Shown: one piece after another, positions 33,039 to 44,944 of the stretch
Layout of the letters: every line of letters starts with the position of its first letter
Numbering within the stretch: position 1 is the first letter of the stretch
DNA from: a virus
DNA: 64,000 bases
Direction: 5' to 3' (one strand)
Virus record (IMG/VR): IMGVR_UViG_3300002494_000025
Coordinates: 1-64,000 of that record
Program-made: the position numbers and the translations under genes
The notes under the pieces: model-generated
What the model was told of the DNA's origin: nothing
Seen by the model: only the letters and a program-made list of their open reading frames with translations
Database searches by the model: none

Positions 33039-33512
33039 ATGGGTTTCTCATGGCAACAATCTATAAGTAGAAATACTGTTATCACATAGTAGCAGATAAA
33101 TGAAATAGAAACAAATGTACAAACTTTATTAAATAGAGTTTGTTATATACATTATGTTAGTCAAAATACAAATGATTATTTAACAAACCAAGCAGTTCCA
33201 CACTATACAGGACATCAACAAACTCATTATGTAAATCATTACAACCCCAATCATACTGGGTTCCATTCAGGTTATGACAACTCAAATCAGACCTCACACT
33301 TGACATCATATGTTACGGGTGATAAAAGTACATACATGAGTACACATGTTATTACAAATAATACAACTCAAAATAGTACACATAATAGTGGAACATATAG
33401 TGGATATAATTCAACATATTATATAGGTGATGATAGTTCATATGATACAAGTAAACAATTAACACATAATTATACAGTTTATAATCAACATTTTATGAGT
33501 GTTATAAACTGA
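33039..33512 (+). CDS. His/Tyr/Asn/Ser/Thr-rich repeat protein 1, recoded
   Basis: MGFSWQQSISRNTVIT**QINEIETNVQTLLNRVC followed by ~4-residue periodic H/Y/N-x-S/T-G/S repeats; ends TGA. Confidence 0.8.
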
Positions 33513-33556
33513 CTGGTAACATTTATTAACCATCTACTAAAGTGGGTGAGAATTGT

Positions 33557-34393
33557 ATGTCTGTCAATCAAAACAATATCATTACATTCCAATGGTTAAA
33601 CTCAAACATACTTCAACCACTTGAACAATAGTGGAAAAAACGAGACTTTGGAAATCCAACCTATAATTGTACATCATATACTATACAATATGATTTTCGG
33701 AATATCATTACTACTGGTAAAATAATATCTGTTGACGATATTAATCAAATAAAAACTAACATGGACTATTTATACGATAACTACTGTAAAACTCATTACT
33801 ATGGTCACAAACAGACTCAGTATTCATCATAGTATACAAACAATCTCAGTAGTCATCATGTTACTTATTATTATAGTCAAAATGTTACTCAAAATTCATA
33901 GCATTTATACAATTACGATAATGCAATCCAGACAGGTTATAATTCTGGTTATAAATCTGGTGTAGATAGTTCTCATCATCTATCATATTATTAGAGTGCA
34001 TATAATCCACATAATAGTACAAATAAAACAAATGTAAACAGTTCTAAACATATTACATATCAGAATAGTGTTGATACTGGACATAAAAGTAGTAACCATG
34101 GTACGTACTATAGTTAGAATAAAATTACATATTGTGGTACTCATTATGTATCTCATTATTCAGGTCATAATTCGTCCTATAATTCGTCTGATTATATACC
34201 TCATTATTCAGGTTATAATTCGTCCTATAATTCGTCTGATTATATACCTCATTATTCAGGTCATCAATCTAGTAACCTAAGTTCTAACCTTAGTTGGTAT
34301 GATTCTACAGTAGACCAAGTAGTAATTACTCCAAGAGACCCAGGTGGTGGATAGTCACTTGAGTGTGGTAATCATCATGTAGCATTTACATAA
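33557..34393 (+). CDS. His/Tyr/Asn/Ser-rich repeat protein 2, recoded (278 aa)
   Basis: GKIISVDDINQIKTNMDYLYDNYC lead similar to protein 1, then tetrapeptide repeats; a 48 bp tandem duplication at ~34152-34263 encodes HYSG(H/Y)NSSYNSSDYIP. Confidence 0.8.
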
Positions 34394-34423
34394 TACAATA
34401 TAAACTATAAAAATAATAAAAAC

Positions 34424-34451
34424 AGAGAGTGGTTAGTTCCACCCTCTTTTC
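34424..34451. terminator. Bidirectional hairpin terminator
   Basis: AGAGAGTGG..CCACCCTCT between convergent genes. Confidence 0.6.
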
Positions 34452-34468
34452 ATATTTACATAACAAAT

Positions 34469-36196
34469 TTAATTTACAACAGACACTTCTATTGTAGAGA
34501 GATTGGTATCATAGTCTTTCTTAATTTGAACATTTACGTATTCAAATGGAATTTCCTGAATATTGTTGTTACTGATTATTACCTGATAGTCATATTGTTT
34601 TGCAAAGTCATAAAGTAATTGTAAAATTTTCAAAACATTTGAACCATCAACACCATTAAAGAAATCATCAAAAATTAATACTTTGAGTTCAGGTGCTGTT
34701 TTGAATATATTTAAGATTGTAAGAATTGTAAGAATAAAGATAATTGATACTTTCTTACGTTCACCATTTGATAATAGTTGATACGGTATGAACACACCAT
34801 CCCTGATAATACCGAACGAGATACTTTCATCATCGTATACAATTTCAAACTCTTCATTTTTATTCAACACATATGAACTATATGATTTAGCAATACTATT
34901 CATTTTACTGATATATTGTGATAAGAAATTTTTTCGTACTGGTGACTTGACATTTAGTAGTTCAATTATCAGATTTATATGTTTTAATTTTGTATCTAAT
35001 TCTTCAACAAGTTTGTTTTTCTCAGTGATTTGTTGTTCAATTTGTTTTATGTTTTCTTCGATTTGTTTAACTTGGTTATCATTTTGTTCGATTTGTTCAT
35101 TTATCATTTTCCATACATCTCTGGCACGGTTATGTAATTGTTTAAATTCTTGTATCTTGCTCAATTTCGTTTTCAACTCATTATACTGTTGTTCTATTTG
35201 TTTCCGTTGATTTGATGTTTTCAATAAGACTTCAATTTCGTCGTTTATTAATTGCGTATAAACATCAACATCACCTTTTGTGATTGGTCTATAACAAGTG
35301 GGACATTTTTGTAGTTCCTTTAAATGATTTAGTTCTTTTATCTTTTTTTCGTGAGTTTGTTCCGAAGTTTTCAATTCTAATAACTTTTTTTCCGTTTCAT
35401 TTATTTCATGTTTTATAGATGTTTCCATTGTTGTAACAAATTGTGTAATTTCATTACTTTTACCATTGAAATCTATCTCCAATTCAGGATTAAAGTACTT
35501 TTTTAATTCATTTAAATCGTTCATATACTTATTAAGTTCATTAACCTTTCTTTGGATTGTTTCAACTGAAAACTGTTGTTGAATATTTTTTAATAAACTC
35601 TCAAACTTATTTTTAGAAGATTTCAACGTTTCAATTTCAGACATTAATTTCGATTGTTGTGTCTGTAATGTTGATTGTTGATTTTTAATTTCCTTAATAT
35701 ACTCTTCCAAATCTTTATTATAAATGATTTTCTCAATAATTCTAAAAATTTGAACTGATGATAAGTCATATATTTGTTCTTTGTTCGGAATAAATACATG
35801 TGTAAGTGAATATATCTTATTAATATCTTTTATAATACTCTCTACAAAATAGTCAATTTTATCTTTTATTCTAATATTAAAAATATCTGGTTGAATTGTT
35901 ACATCAGATTTTCGACTATCAAATATTCTTGTTATAGTATACGTATGTGTATCATCTTTTTTAAATGTGACAGAAATCTTGGAATCACCTTCCGAACCAA
36001 TACGTTTCAAACTTTTAAACGATTTTATTATATTTAACGTTGACAATATACTATAGACAATTGAAGTTTTACCAGAACCGTTTGTAATGTTAGTATCATT
36101 ACTGTTTAATAACACGATGTTGTAATTATCAGGGATTTCAACACTAACATTATCATATACAGTAATATTCTCAAGTTCGATACGAGAAATTTTCAT
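34469..36196 (-). CDS. SbcC/Rad50/T4 gp46-like ATPase
   Basis: NGSGKTS, coiled coils, CPTC zinc hook, LSNGE signature, LIFDD Walker B; no TAG. Confidence 0.92.
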   Translation of the reverse strand: MKISRIELENITVYDNVSVEIPDNYNIVLLNSNDTNITNGSGKTSIVYSILSTLNIIKSFKSLKRIGSEGDSKISVTFKKDDTHTYTITRIFDSRKSDVTIQPDIFNIRIKDKIDYFVESIIKDINKIYSLTHVFIPNKEQIYDLSSVQIFRIIEKIIYNKDLEEYIKEIKNQQSTLQTQQSKLMSEIETLKSSKNKFESLLKNIQQQFSVETIQRKVNELNKYMNDLNELKKYFNPELEIDFNGKSNEITQFVTTMETSIKHEINETEKKLLELKTSEQTHEKKIKELNHLKELQKCPTCYRPITKGDVDVYTQLINDEIEVLLKTSNQRKQIEQQYNELKTKLSKIQEFKQLHNRARDVWKMINEQIEQNDNQVKQIEENIKQIEQQITEKNKLVEELDTKLKHINLIIELLNVKSPVRKNFLSQYISKMNSIAKSYSSYVLNKNEEFEIVYDDESISFGIIRDGVFIPYQLLSNGERKKVSIIFILTILTILNIFKTAPELKVLIFDDFFNGVDGSNVLKILQLLYDFAKQYDYQVIISNNNIQEIPFEYVNVQIKKDYDTNLSTIEVSVVN

Positions 36197-36292
36197 ATTT
36201 CAACCCCCTTTATACTTTATTTAACAAATACTATCCAATAATAATATGTTGAAATTTACAGTTTATTTTAAAATTTAAATGAGGTGACATAA

Positions 36293-36928
36293 ATGGAATA
36301 TAAAGATGGGTTTGTATTTATAGATGATAGTAATAAAGTTGTAAGAGACACACTATAGTTCGTAAAATAGTCGATGTTTAACTTATATTCATTACAAAAA
36401 GTACATCAATTTTATTTGAAATTTGAATCAAACGGTAAAATAACACAGGATTTTATAAATCTACTCAATGAACGATACCAATCAATTCAAAATTAGATAC
36501 CACAATGGAAGTTAGAAACAAATACTGTTACATATTCAGGAACTGAGTACCACATACCAACTGTCTTAACCATAGAAAATCCAACAGTCACAGTAACTTT
36601 TTTAGAAACAAAAAATTTTGACATTTATAAAACATAGAAAAAATATTTGATTGTTGATAGAAACATATCCAATACGGACAATTTACTCAACAATAAATAC
36701 ATCATACACAAACCGACAAATTACTTTACTAAATTGGATGTTACATTATTTAGTTAGAAATATAAACCAAATAATAATGATATATCCCCCTATCTTACAG
36801 TCACCTTCTACAATTTGTACATAAAAAATATTTCTATTGATACTCAACTCAATGTTAACAACACTGAATTAGTATATACAACAATAGAATTTGCATATAC
36901 TCAAGTATTCTTAACACCAAGAGATTAA
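36293..36928 (+). CDS. Tail-tube/baseplate (T4 gp19/gp54-like) paralog 1, recoded
   Basis: VTVTFLE..NFDIY, VTFYNLY..NI, TIEFAY; TAG-only interruptions; RBS GAGGTGA. Confidence 0.6.
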
Positions 36929-36945
36929 CTATAGAGGTGACATGA

Positions 36946-37623
36946 ATGTAGTCAGAAAAGGATAATTTACTAAAATATGATGATATGATTCATAAACTAT
37001 AGGACGATGTATAGTTTTTTAATTCATTCAAAATTATGGTTAGGAAGGTTAATTTTGAGGAAAACCTAAATAATAACCTCAATACACTATTACAAAAAAT
37101 CATGAGTAATTAGGTTTTATCCGCAAATAAACCAAATTATGAACGTGAGACATACTATGTTAGTGATAACGATATTATCACACGTTTAAATTTCATATTC
37201 TTTTTCGTAAACAGTATCGAAGGTCTTCCATCACCTCATATAGAAACAGAAGAGTATAGTTTTATTGGTAGAAAGTATCAAATACCAAAACATCAAACAG
37301 TAGAACATGAGTTAAGATTTACATTTATTGAATTGGAAGGTTTATACATTTACCGTCTGTTTACAACATATTTGTTACAAATATTTGACTATTATAATGG
37401 TTATTTGAAACTTAATGATAGAACCCAATACACTTTTGATTTGTCAGTATATGGACAATATAAAGATACATTCTATGGTCAAGATGTGGACTAGTACTTT
37501 ACAATTAATTTCTACAACGTATTTCCAGTTAATGTAAACTTTGGAAACGAATTACAATTTAATAATACAAGTTATGTAACAACAACTGTAACATTCAGAT
37601 ATGATTATTATGAACAAATATAA
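36946..37623 (+). CDS. Tail-tube-like paralog 2, recoded; begins ATG-TAG
   Basis: RBS GAGGTGA at the same spacing as its neighbour, M*SEKDN...; LPS..IE...F.G, FTFIE, NFYNVFPVNV, VTFRYDYY. Confidence 0.7.
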
Positions 37624-37655
37624 TAAATTGTCAATCTCAATGGGGGTGAATTTAA

Positions 37656-38369
37656 ATGGCACTATCAGACTTAACAAGATGGAAATTAACCACTGATAAA
37701 ACGTTATACGATTACACAGCATATCCAATTTTCCAAGTAATTGAGTTAGAAACAACCAACAATTTTATGAATTATGCAAAAAATGATACAATGTGGAAAA
37801 AGTTTCAAAATAATCAAAATAATCAAGATAATTCTTAGATCACTGATGACAGTAAATTGTTAGCCACACTACAAAATGTATTTGTACGTGCTACCGCTAT
37901 AACATTCCCAGGATTTACCTGTGAAGTAACGGAAATACCACAACAGTTTTCGAATATAAAAATATAGAACAAAGTTTCATTCACAAACGAAATAACATTC
38001 AATTTTGTGGAAGACGCAGAAAATAACATATTCAAATTCTTTAAATCGTGGTTAGATCAAATACTTCTAGTGGATTATCAAACACCTGTGTACGGTGCAC
38101 AATACAATATTGCAAATAACTACAAAGTAAATATCACATTCGGTATATATAAAATTAATAACACAATAATGAATACTGTAACAAAATCAACAGGTTATAA
38201 TGGAAAAGATGGTTTTGATAGTACCAACATAATATTCAAATTTAAACTTCACGGTTTCTTCCCCAAATCGATCAACAATCCAACATATGATTACACAACA
38301 TTTGAAATCGTAACACGTGATGTTGGGTTTACATTCGATTATATAGAACTATTAACACCATCACTATAA
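37656..38369 (+). CDS. Tail-tube-like paralog 3, recoded (2 TAG)
   Basis: AITFPG, ITFNFVED, FKSWL, LHGFFPKSI, VGFTFDYI. Confidence 0.7.
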
Positions 38370-38391
38370 TAAGAAACAAGAGGTGATATAA

Positions 38392-39078
38392 ATGTTAATT
38401 AACAATTTATTACAAAGTACAAAAAGTACACCAAGTGTTTCAACAACTACATATTTTCTCGTAGACCTTACAAATTTTGTTAATATAATTGATAAGACTG
38501 GTAATTTAAAAAACACAATAAACAAATACGTTAAATCTGTTACACTCCCAGAAAGAAAAGTCGATACCACATCTATTGAGGGTTAGATGTTATCAGTACA
38601 ACATGCCCAACTTAAACAGACTTTTGATACGTTTCAAATCACATTCTTTGATGATAAAAACTTTACAATCAGAACAAATCTTCTAAAGTACATGTTAAAA
38701 TCAGTTTTCGATTATACCAATCTTGTCTACAAAAGTGCAAGTACCTACAAATGTGATATTACAGTTTACGTTATTAACAACTTCTTGGGCAGTGATGTAA
38801 CACATACAGTAACAATAAATAATAATAATGTAAATACCACTGATATATCAACAATTGAAAATATTATTAACAACACACCAACAAACACGTAGATAACCAC
38901 AGTACCAGTATATATCTATAGATTCTATGGTTAGTTCCCAACAGAAATACCAGAAATAACATTTTCCACAACTGATGAATTAGAACCAACAATTACCGTA
39001 ACATTTACATACGATTGGTACAAAATCGATACTACAAATACTGAAAAAATAAATTTGGCACAACTTAGTTTAATCTAA
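38392..39078 (+). CDS. Tail-tube-like paralog 4, recoded (3 TAG)
   Basis: VKSVTLPE, FQITFFDD, RFYG*FPTEI, VTFTYDWY. Confidence 0.75.
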
Positions 39079-39095
39079 TTGAGGTGGTGATTTGA

Positions 39096-39857
39096 ATGGC
39101 AATCAGTATAATAAATAGTGTTAACACATACAATGTTAGTACATACGACGCATTTAACAAATAGAAACTGTTTAGTAGACTACCTGTTGCATATTCAAAT
39201 GATATATCGTTCATCTTACGTGGTGAAGTAGTAAATGAATCAAATAATAATACATTCACTTCAAAACTTAACAACTCGTTTACAAGTTCAATAATGATAC
39301 GACTCAAATCGATATCATTACCAACTATGTCATTGGAAACAACAGAAATCCCCCATCTGTCATTCAACGCTAAAATGTAGTCTAAACCCACACTTGGTGA
39401 TGAAATAACAGTTTCAATAGTTGAAGATGCAAATTCAAATGTGTTCCTCAACTTTAAAGATTTTATTGAAACTTATTATAATTGGGTAATTTAGGTTCCA
39501 AACAATCCCAACTATAGTATCAAATTCCATATTGAATAGTTCTTAACACCATTGATACCAACTACTGTAAACAATATAAATTATTCATATTTATCGACAG
39601 CAAACACAAGTAGAAATAATGTAGCTGCAATAACAACTGTAAGTAATAATACAAACAACTTTACTGGAACACTTGGTACACGTATATTCAAAATAACACT
39701 GTATAATCCAATTATAAAGAACTTGAATCATCAAACCATGGATTATTCAAGCACCGAACTGATCAATAGAGATATTACAATTGGGTTTGAGTACTTTGAG
39801 TTTATTACATATATGTATGATAATAACAATCAACTAGTAAATGCACCATTGTTCTAA
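39096..39857 (+). CDS. Tail-tube-like paralog 5, recoded
   Basis: KSISLPT, ITVSIVED, ITLYNPII, IGFEYF. Confidence 0.65.
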
Positions 39858-39892
39858 ATTTAGAATCATTAACTAACAGGGTGGTGATATAA

Positions 39893-40609
39893 ATGTTGAT
39901 CAATAGTGTATATAGTGATCAAAATAACATTTCTTATACTGTTACAGATGTGTTTAGACCAAATGCGTTTATAGTTAGTTTTACAGAATTCAAAAGTGAT
40001 AGTAAATTGTTTGAACAACTAAATAGTTTTATTAACAAATACTTAAAAGTATGTAATATTATAGATGATGATAAAAATAATAAACCATTCACCGAAATAT
40101 CAAACAATTTTTTTGGTACTAACAATAACAGTAATACTACTACTACTATTACATTCCATCAAAACATGTTACCATTACTTGCAAAAAGTGTAACATTACC
40201 AGATATAAACATTGAAGTAAGTGCAATTGACTTGGGATTATGGAAAACACAAAGAATAGTAAATAGAAAAACATTTGATACTTTCACGATAACATTCCAA
40301 GAGTTACGTGGTTTACCAGTTAGGTTATATTTCTTAAAATGGATGTTTGCGTACATAATAAACCCGTGGAGAGGTTATCATGTATAGCCAGATCTATATA
40401 AATCAATCATCAACGTACAAGTATTAAAGAATATAGATAAATATGATCCACTTTATGTAGTCAAATTCTATGGTTAGTTCCCAACAAATTTGAATGAACT
40501 AATACTATCATATGAAAACAGTGACATTTTAAACACTGAAGTGACATTTGTATACGATTACTTTGATATTGAACAAACACAACCAAAACAAGAAGAACAA
40601 AAAAAATAA
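39893..40609 (+). CDS. Tail-tube-like paralog 6, recoded (2 TAG)
   Basis: RPNAF, AKSVTLPD, FTITFQE...R.YF.KW, KFYG*FPTNL, VTFVYDYF: a T4 gp19/gp54-like pattern. Confidence 0.78.
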
Positions 40610-40629
40610 CAATCAACAACAAAAACAAA

Positions 40630-40658
40630 AAAGGTGGGGTAATCAAATCCCCACCTTA
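40630..40658. terminator. Bidirectional hairpin terminator
   Basis: AAGGTGGGG..CCCCACCTT between convergent genes. Confidence 0.7.
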
Positions 40659-40681
40659 AATTTTATTCATTTACCTAACAA

Positions 40682-40945
40682 TTAGTTAGTGGGTATCACA
40701 ATACTTGGTTTTTGTTGTTGAATTTCTGTAATCCGACTTTTTACATATTCTTCCAACTCTTTATTGAGATCATCAACACTTACATTTAATAATTCTCCTA
40801 CTTTCTTTATCAAAAATTCAATCACAAGACTATCAATGTTTGACTTGTTCAGTAACATTAATACTAACTTTCTCAACTCTTCAATCATAAGTTTTGTTTC
40901 ATCAATATTACCAACATCAGAACCTCCACCAATTATCACACCCAT
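40682..40945 (-). CDS. Hypothetical protein
   Basis: RBS GGAGGTG; preceded by the shared upstream motif; no TAG. Confidence 0.6.
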   Translation of the reverse strand: MGVIIGGGSDVGNIDETKLMIEELRKLVLMLLNKSNIDSLVIEFLIKKVGELLNVSVDDLNKELEEYVKSRITEIQQQKPSIVIPTN

Positions 40946-41084
40946 ATAAAACACCTCCTAACTCTTATATATTGTAAGTTCTATATATTTTTAAACACTT
41001 ACATCAATAATATGTATAGTTTTACAATCTGTTTTTAGTAAACTTAAAAATGTATTGTTACAAACAAAATGTGGGGTGACATAA

Positions 41085-42911
41085 ATGTCTACAATAGTTT
41101 TAAACGATTGGAATTTAGTAAGTAAAAATATACTATACGTGGTTAAATAGGTACAAAAATTTTTAAGTAAAAACTTTATGCTTCCTGAAAAGAAAGTTAT
41201 TCTTTCTGGTTACTAGGAGTTTTTTAGTAAATATTTTTTCACTCTTGACAAATATCGACAATTCCTGGAAAAAGTCAATCCACCATTCCTCATATATAAT
41301 ATGTCAGAATTTACAATTAATCGTGGTACATTGAACCATCAGTGGAATACTACTGGTTTTGAATAGGTCGACTTACAAAAATATACACTGTACATCCAAA
41401 AAACATTTGTCAGAATACCAATCAACATTACGTTATACACTGACAGTCGACCACAATTGTTATATTATGTGTCTTTGTTCTTGGCAACTTTTGATGTTCC
41501 ACAGTCAAAAATAGTCGTTCGGTACCCCATCGAAATACCTGATGATGAACCAATCAAAGAAGTAATTAATGAAGAAGTATTCACAGTTCTATCACCCGAT
41601 AACATTACAGACCAGAGTGAATATATATTCGATGACAATATGAGAACGTTCAAACTTACCACGTCATTCACTTTGGAAGGTTATATCTTAACACGTATTA
41701 GATACTATAACAAAATTACACAAGTTAATTTACAATTCTCAAACACATCACAAACCATCCCTGTATAGGAACAAACATTGTATAACGATATTTCACAAAA
41801 TGGTATTGTCATCTCTATTAATACGAACAATACCACAATCCCCCTATTAACTTCTGAAATCATACAACAAACTGACTTGACAAATCCAACAGTTGAAACC
41901 AATAGTATAGAAGTTACTATCACAGACCCAACAAATAATACATCAACTACAGTACCTATTATAAGTAGTAATGAAACTAATACAACAACCGTCGTCAATC
42001 AATCGATAACTGTTAATAAGGATACTATACCATTTACAACTGTAAATAATTCCATCATTACACCAATATTAGAAAACAGTACAAACACAATAAAGTCAAC
42101 AATATATACACATATCAAACAAACAATTTATGACTAGACAATAAATAATAAGATTAACTTACCACAGAATATTATTAATTTAATTAACAATAATGTAATC
42201 ACAATTGAAAATGTATAGACACAAATATAGGAACAAATTGGTAATCAGTTAACACAAACATTTTCAACCAATTTACAAACATCATTAACGGGAACCATAA
42301 CAACTCAATATAATAATGTAATCAGTACTGTATTAAATCAAATCTTGGGACCAAATAATACAATTCCCGTTCAACTTCAAATCACATATAACGAAGATAC
42401 TCAACAACTATCAGTATCAATATAGAATATTAATGATATTCAACAAACAATTAACAATATAGTTACGGGTACTACTGAAAATATATTCAATAACATTACA
42501 AACACAACAATAATTAATGACACTATATCCAATTCATTAACACAAACAATGACACAGTCACAATCAACTTTTACCGTCACCGTAATGAACCCGAATAATA
42601 ATACAATATTAGCTGATAATTCACAGATCACCATATCAAATGAAGTTACTCAAACGTTAAATAATGTACTTGTTAATCAAGTATCAGGTGTTTATTCTAA
42701 TACTATCATGAACAACTACAACAAATTCATTCAAGGAACACAACAATCATCAACACCAATTATTCCACTCTCAAAATTAGAAAACGTAAACCTCAACTAT
42801 AACATTAACGTTAACTATCGTATATCAGAAACAACAAGTATATACACAGTACCACAAACACCAGAAGATTACAATAATAACGAATGGGTTGTTATATCAT
42901 TAAAATTTTAA
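41085..42911 (+). CDS. Putative tail completion/sheath-stabiliser (gp15-like) N-terminus plus N/T/I/Q-rich extension, recoded (608 aa)
   Basis: Track ORFs 41457, 41778 and 42549 are in one frame joined by TAGs; RIPINITLYT and TSFTLEGYI resemble gp15-like proteins (weak). Confidence 0.55.
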
Positions 42912-42926
42912 GTGGGTGGATAAATT

Positions 42927-43406
42927 ATGAGTGGTAGGTACTCACGACAAAAGGGTTATAGAATAGAATATGAACTCACCAAACTTTTACAATCTTATCA
43001 CATTAACAATAAACGTGTACCATTGAGCGGTGGAAGTTGGTTAAAAGGTGATATTATCATTGAACACAATAACAGAACATATATATGTGAAGTAAAAGGT
43101 GGTAGTAACAAATTTAAAATAATATATGACAAATTTCTAACATATAGAGATACAACAAACAAGTCATGTGTCTATCTTGGTGATTATGTTCTGTGTGATA
43201 TCCCAACATTTGTAAAACTTCTAAATAACGAAACAAATATCATTAATAGTATTAGTGACATTTTGAACATAACCAAACTAAATATGATCAATGATTATAT
43301 CGATAAAAAAGATGTATTGTTCATCAAACGTGACAGAAAAGAATATCTGGTAATATTTAGAAAACAACTATTTAACTCATCAAGTGGGGGTGTTACAAAT
43401 GGATAA
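42927..43406 (+). CDS. Holliday junction resolvase (Hjc-like PD-(D/E)xK nuclease)
   Basis: SRQKGYRIEYEL, RVPLSGG..KGDI, CEVK; contains no Ala and no TAG. Confidence 0.8.
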   Translation: MSGRYSRQKGYRIEYELTKLLQSYHINNKRVPLSGGSWLKGDIIIEHNNRTYICEVKGGSNKFKIIYDKFLTYRDTTNKSCVYLGDYVLCDIPTFVKLLNNETNIINSISDILNITKLNMINDYIDKKDVLFIKRDRKEYLVIFRKQLFNSSSGGVTNG

Positions 43407-43992
43407 TAGTTTCAAAATGGGGTAGTTAAAATATGGTACAATATTGTTATTTCCAGTCAAACCATATGTGTATGATCTAATTTAGAAACATTTTGGTAAA
43501 CCAATTTAGGAATTGTTACTTTAGACATCCGGTGAAAAAGTAATACATTAGGAAATTCTTGTGACTGGTACTATCACACTTGCATAGATCGATAAAGGTG
43601 TACATCTAATTAAAAGATCATTATCAGATTTTAAACATCTTGTACTCGTTAGACACAAAGATATGGATACAGTCTCACTACAAGATTATTTAAATACAGT
43701 ACATAAACATTGGAATGTTCCGTATGATTATGCATCTTTGTTCTTAAACACATTAACACACATTGTTAATAATGTTCCAATTCTTGACCAGATTATTGAA
43801 AAATATATTCATACAAATGTACCATATGAGAATAAACAAATGTATATTTGTTCTGAAACTGTTTAGAGAGTACTTGAAGATTTGAATCTACCATTATTCA
43901 CTGACAGATCACCTGAATACATATCACCAATGGATATATTGAGAAGTCCTAATGTTGATTTGTTATATAAACCAATCGATTTTGAATTGTGA
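43399..43992 (+). CDS. Permuted papain-like NlpC/P60 enzyme (YiiX/YebB-like), recoded
   Basis: G.ILLF, H*EI, PYDY, YICSETV*RVL, ISPMDI; 7 TAGs; ends TGA. Confidence 0.78.
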
Positions 43993-44029
43993 CTGTAATA
44001 TACTAATATCTCACACCTGGTGATACATA

Positions 44030-44515
44030 ATGTTTGATGTACCACTATCAGAAATATCCGAAATTCATTTTAAACCACATAACACAATCTCATTTATTAA
44101 AGTTGTAACAAAATCAAATAAAATTCGTATACACAATTTACATCACTATCCAATTAACAATATATTGTTATCTTTGGAAACATATTTGTATTCATACGAA
44201 CAATTAATGTTTAACATAAAAGAAGATTTGTAGTACACTATATTTGTCGAAATAAAACACTATGTTGAAAATAAATTATGGAAACAAAACTCACATTTAC
44301 ACATACCTTATAAGTTTGAATTAAAAAATATCAAAACAAATAAAATCAGAACATTAGATACTAACATTATTTTTAAAACGTATCAGGTTGAAAACAAGGA
44401 CTATTTGATTTATAAATCTTTACGTGTTAATTGGAATACATGTTACGATATGAATGATATAAAACATGATATAAAACAGAATGAAGAAATTGATGGTGTC
44501 AACAGTAGTCAATAA
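44030..44515 (+). CDS. Hypothetical protein, recoded (1 TAG)
   Basis: Frame continues ~94 codons past the TAG at 44231 to TAA at 44513. Confidence 0.6.
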
Positions 44516-44605
44516 AAGTGTACGATTTTATCAAATTTAGTCGGTAAAAACGTACGATTTTATCGAATTTGGTCGATAAAATTCGACACTATGTACTTAT
44601 ATAAC

Positions 44606-44636
44606 AAAAGGGGGTCGATTCACTCAACCCCCTTTC
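44606..44636. terminator. Hairpin terminator
   Basis: AAAGGGGGT..ACCCCCTTT between convergent genes. Confidence 0.65.
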
Positions 44637-44667
44637 ATATTAGTTATTCACTTGTCATTCAAACTAC

Positions 44668-44928
44668 TTATCGTAACTTCAAATTTTCAACATTATTAAT
44701 TCTTTTTTTGAACCATTCATATATTTGGTAACCGTTATAACCATACAAACGTAGTTCAGAAACGATTGTTGATATCAATTCTTCAAAAAGTTGATTGACT
44801 TCAGAGTTAGTGTTTATCTGAGACTGTAACTCATTCAAAAATGTACCAATTTTATATATTTTTTTATTTTCATTGAACCTAATAATTTCATTCATTATAT
44901 CAATTTCATACTTTCTTACTGTACTCAC
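44668..44928 (-). CDS. Hypothetical protein
   Basis: 86 aa ORF with RBS, last gene of the leftward operon. Confidence 0.55.
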   Translation of the reverse strand: MSTVRKYEIDIMNEIIRFNENKKIYKIGTFLNELQSQINTNSEVNQLFEELISTIVSELRLYGYNGYQIYEWFKKRINNVENLKLR

Positions 44929-44944
44929 ACAGTTACCCCCTCAT

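Noticed and set aside
34068-34280. ORF with IIQVIIRPIIRLIIYL repeats
   Set aside because: Alternative-frame product of the 48 bp repeat inside the recoded gene 33557-34393.
25074-44515. Region as decayed prophage/pseudogenes
   Set aside because: Interruptions are exclusively TAG, with no TAA/TGA or frameshifts; catalytic motifs, RBSs and tight gene packing are intact.
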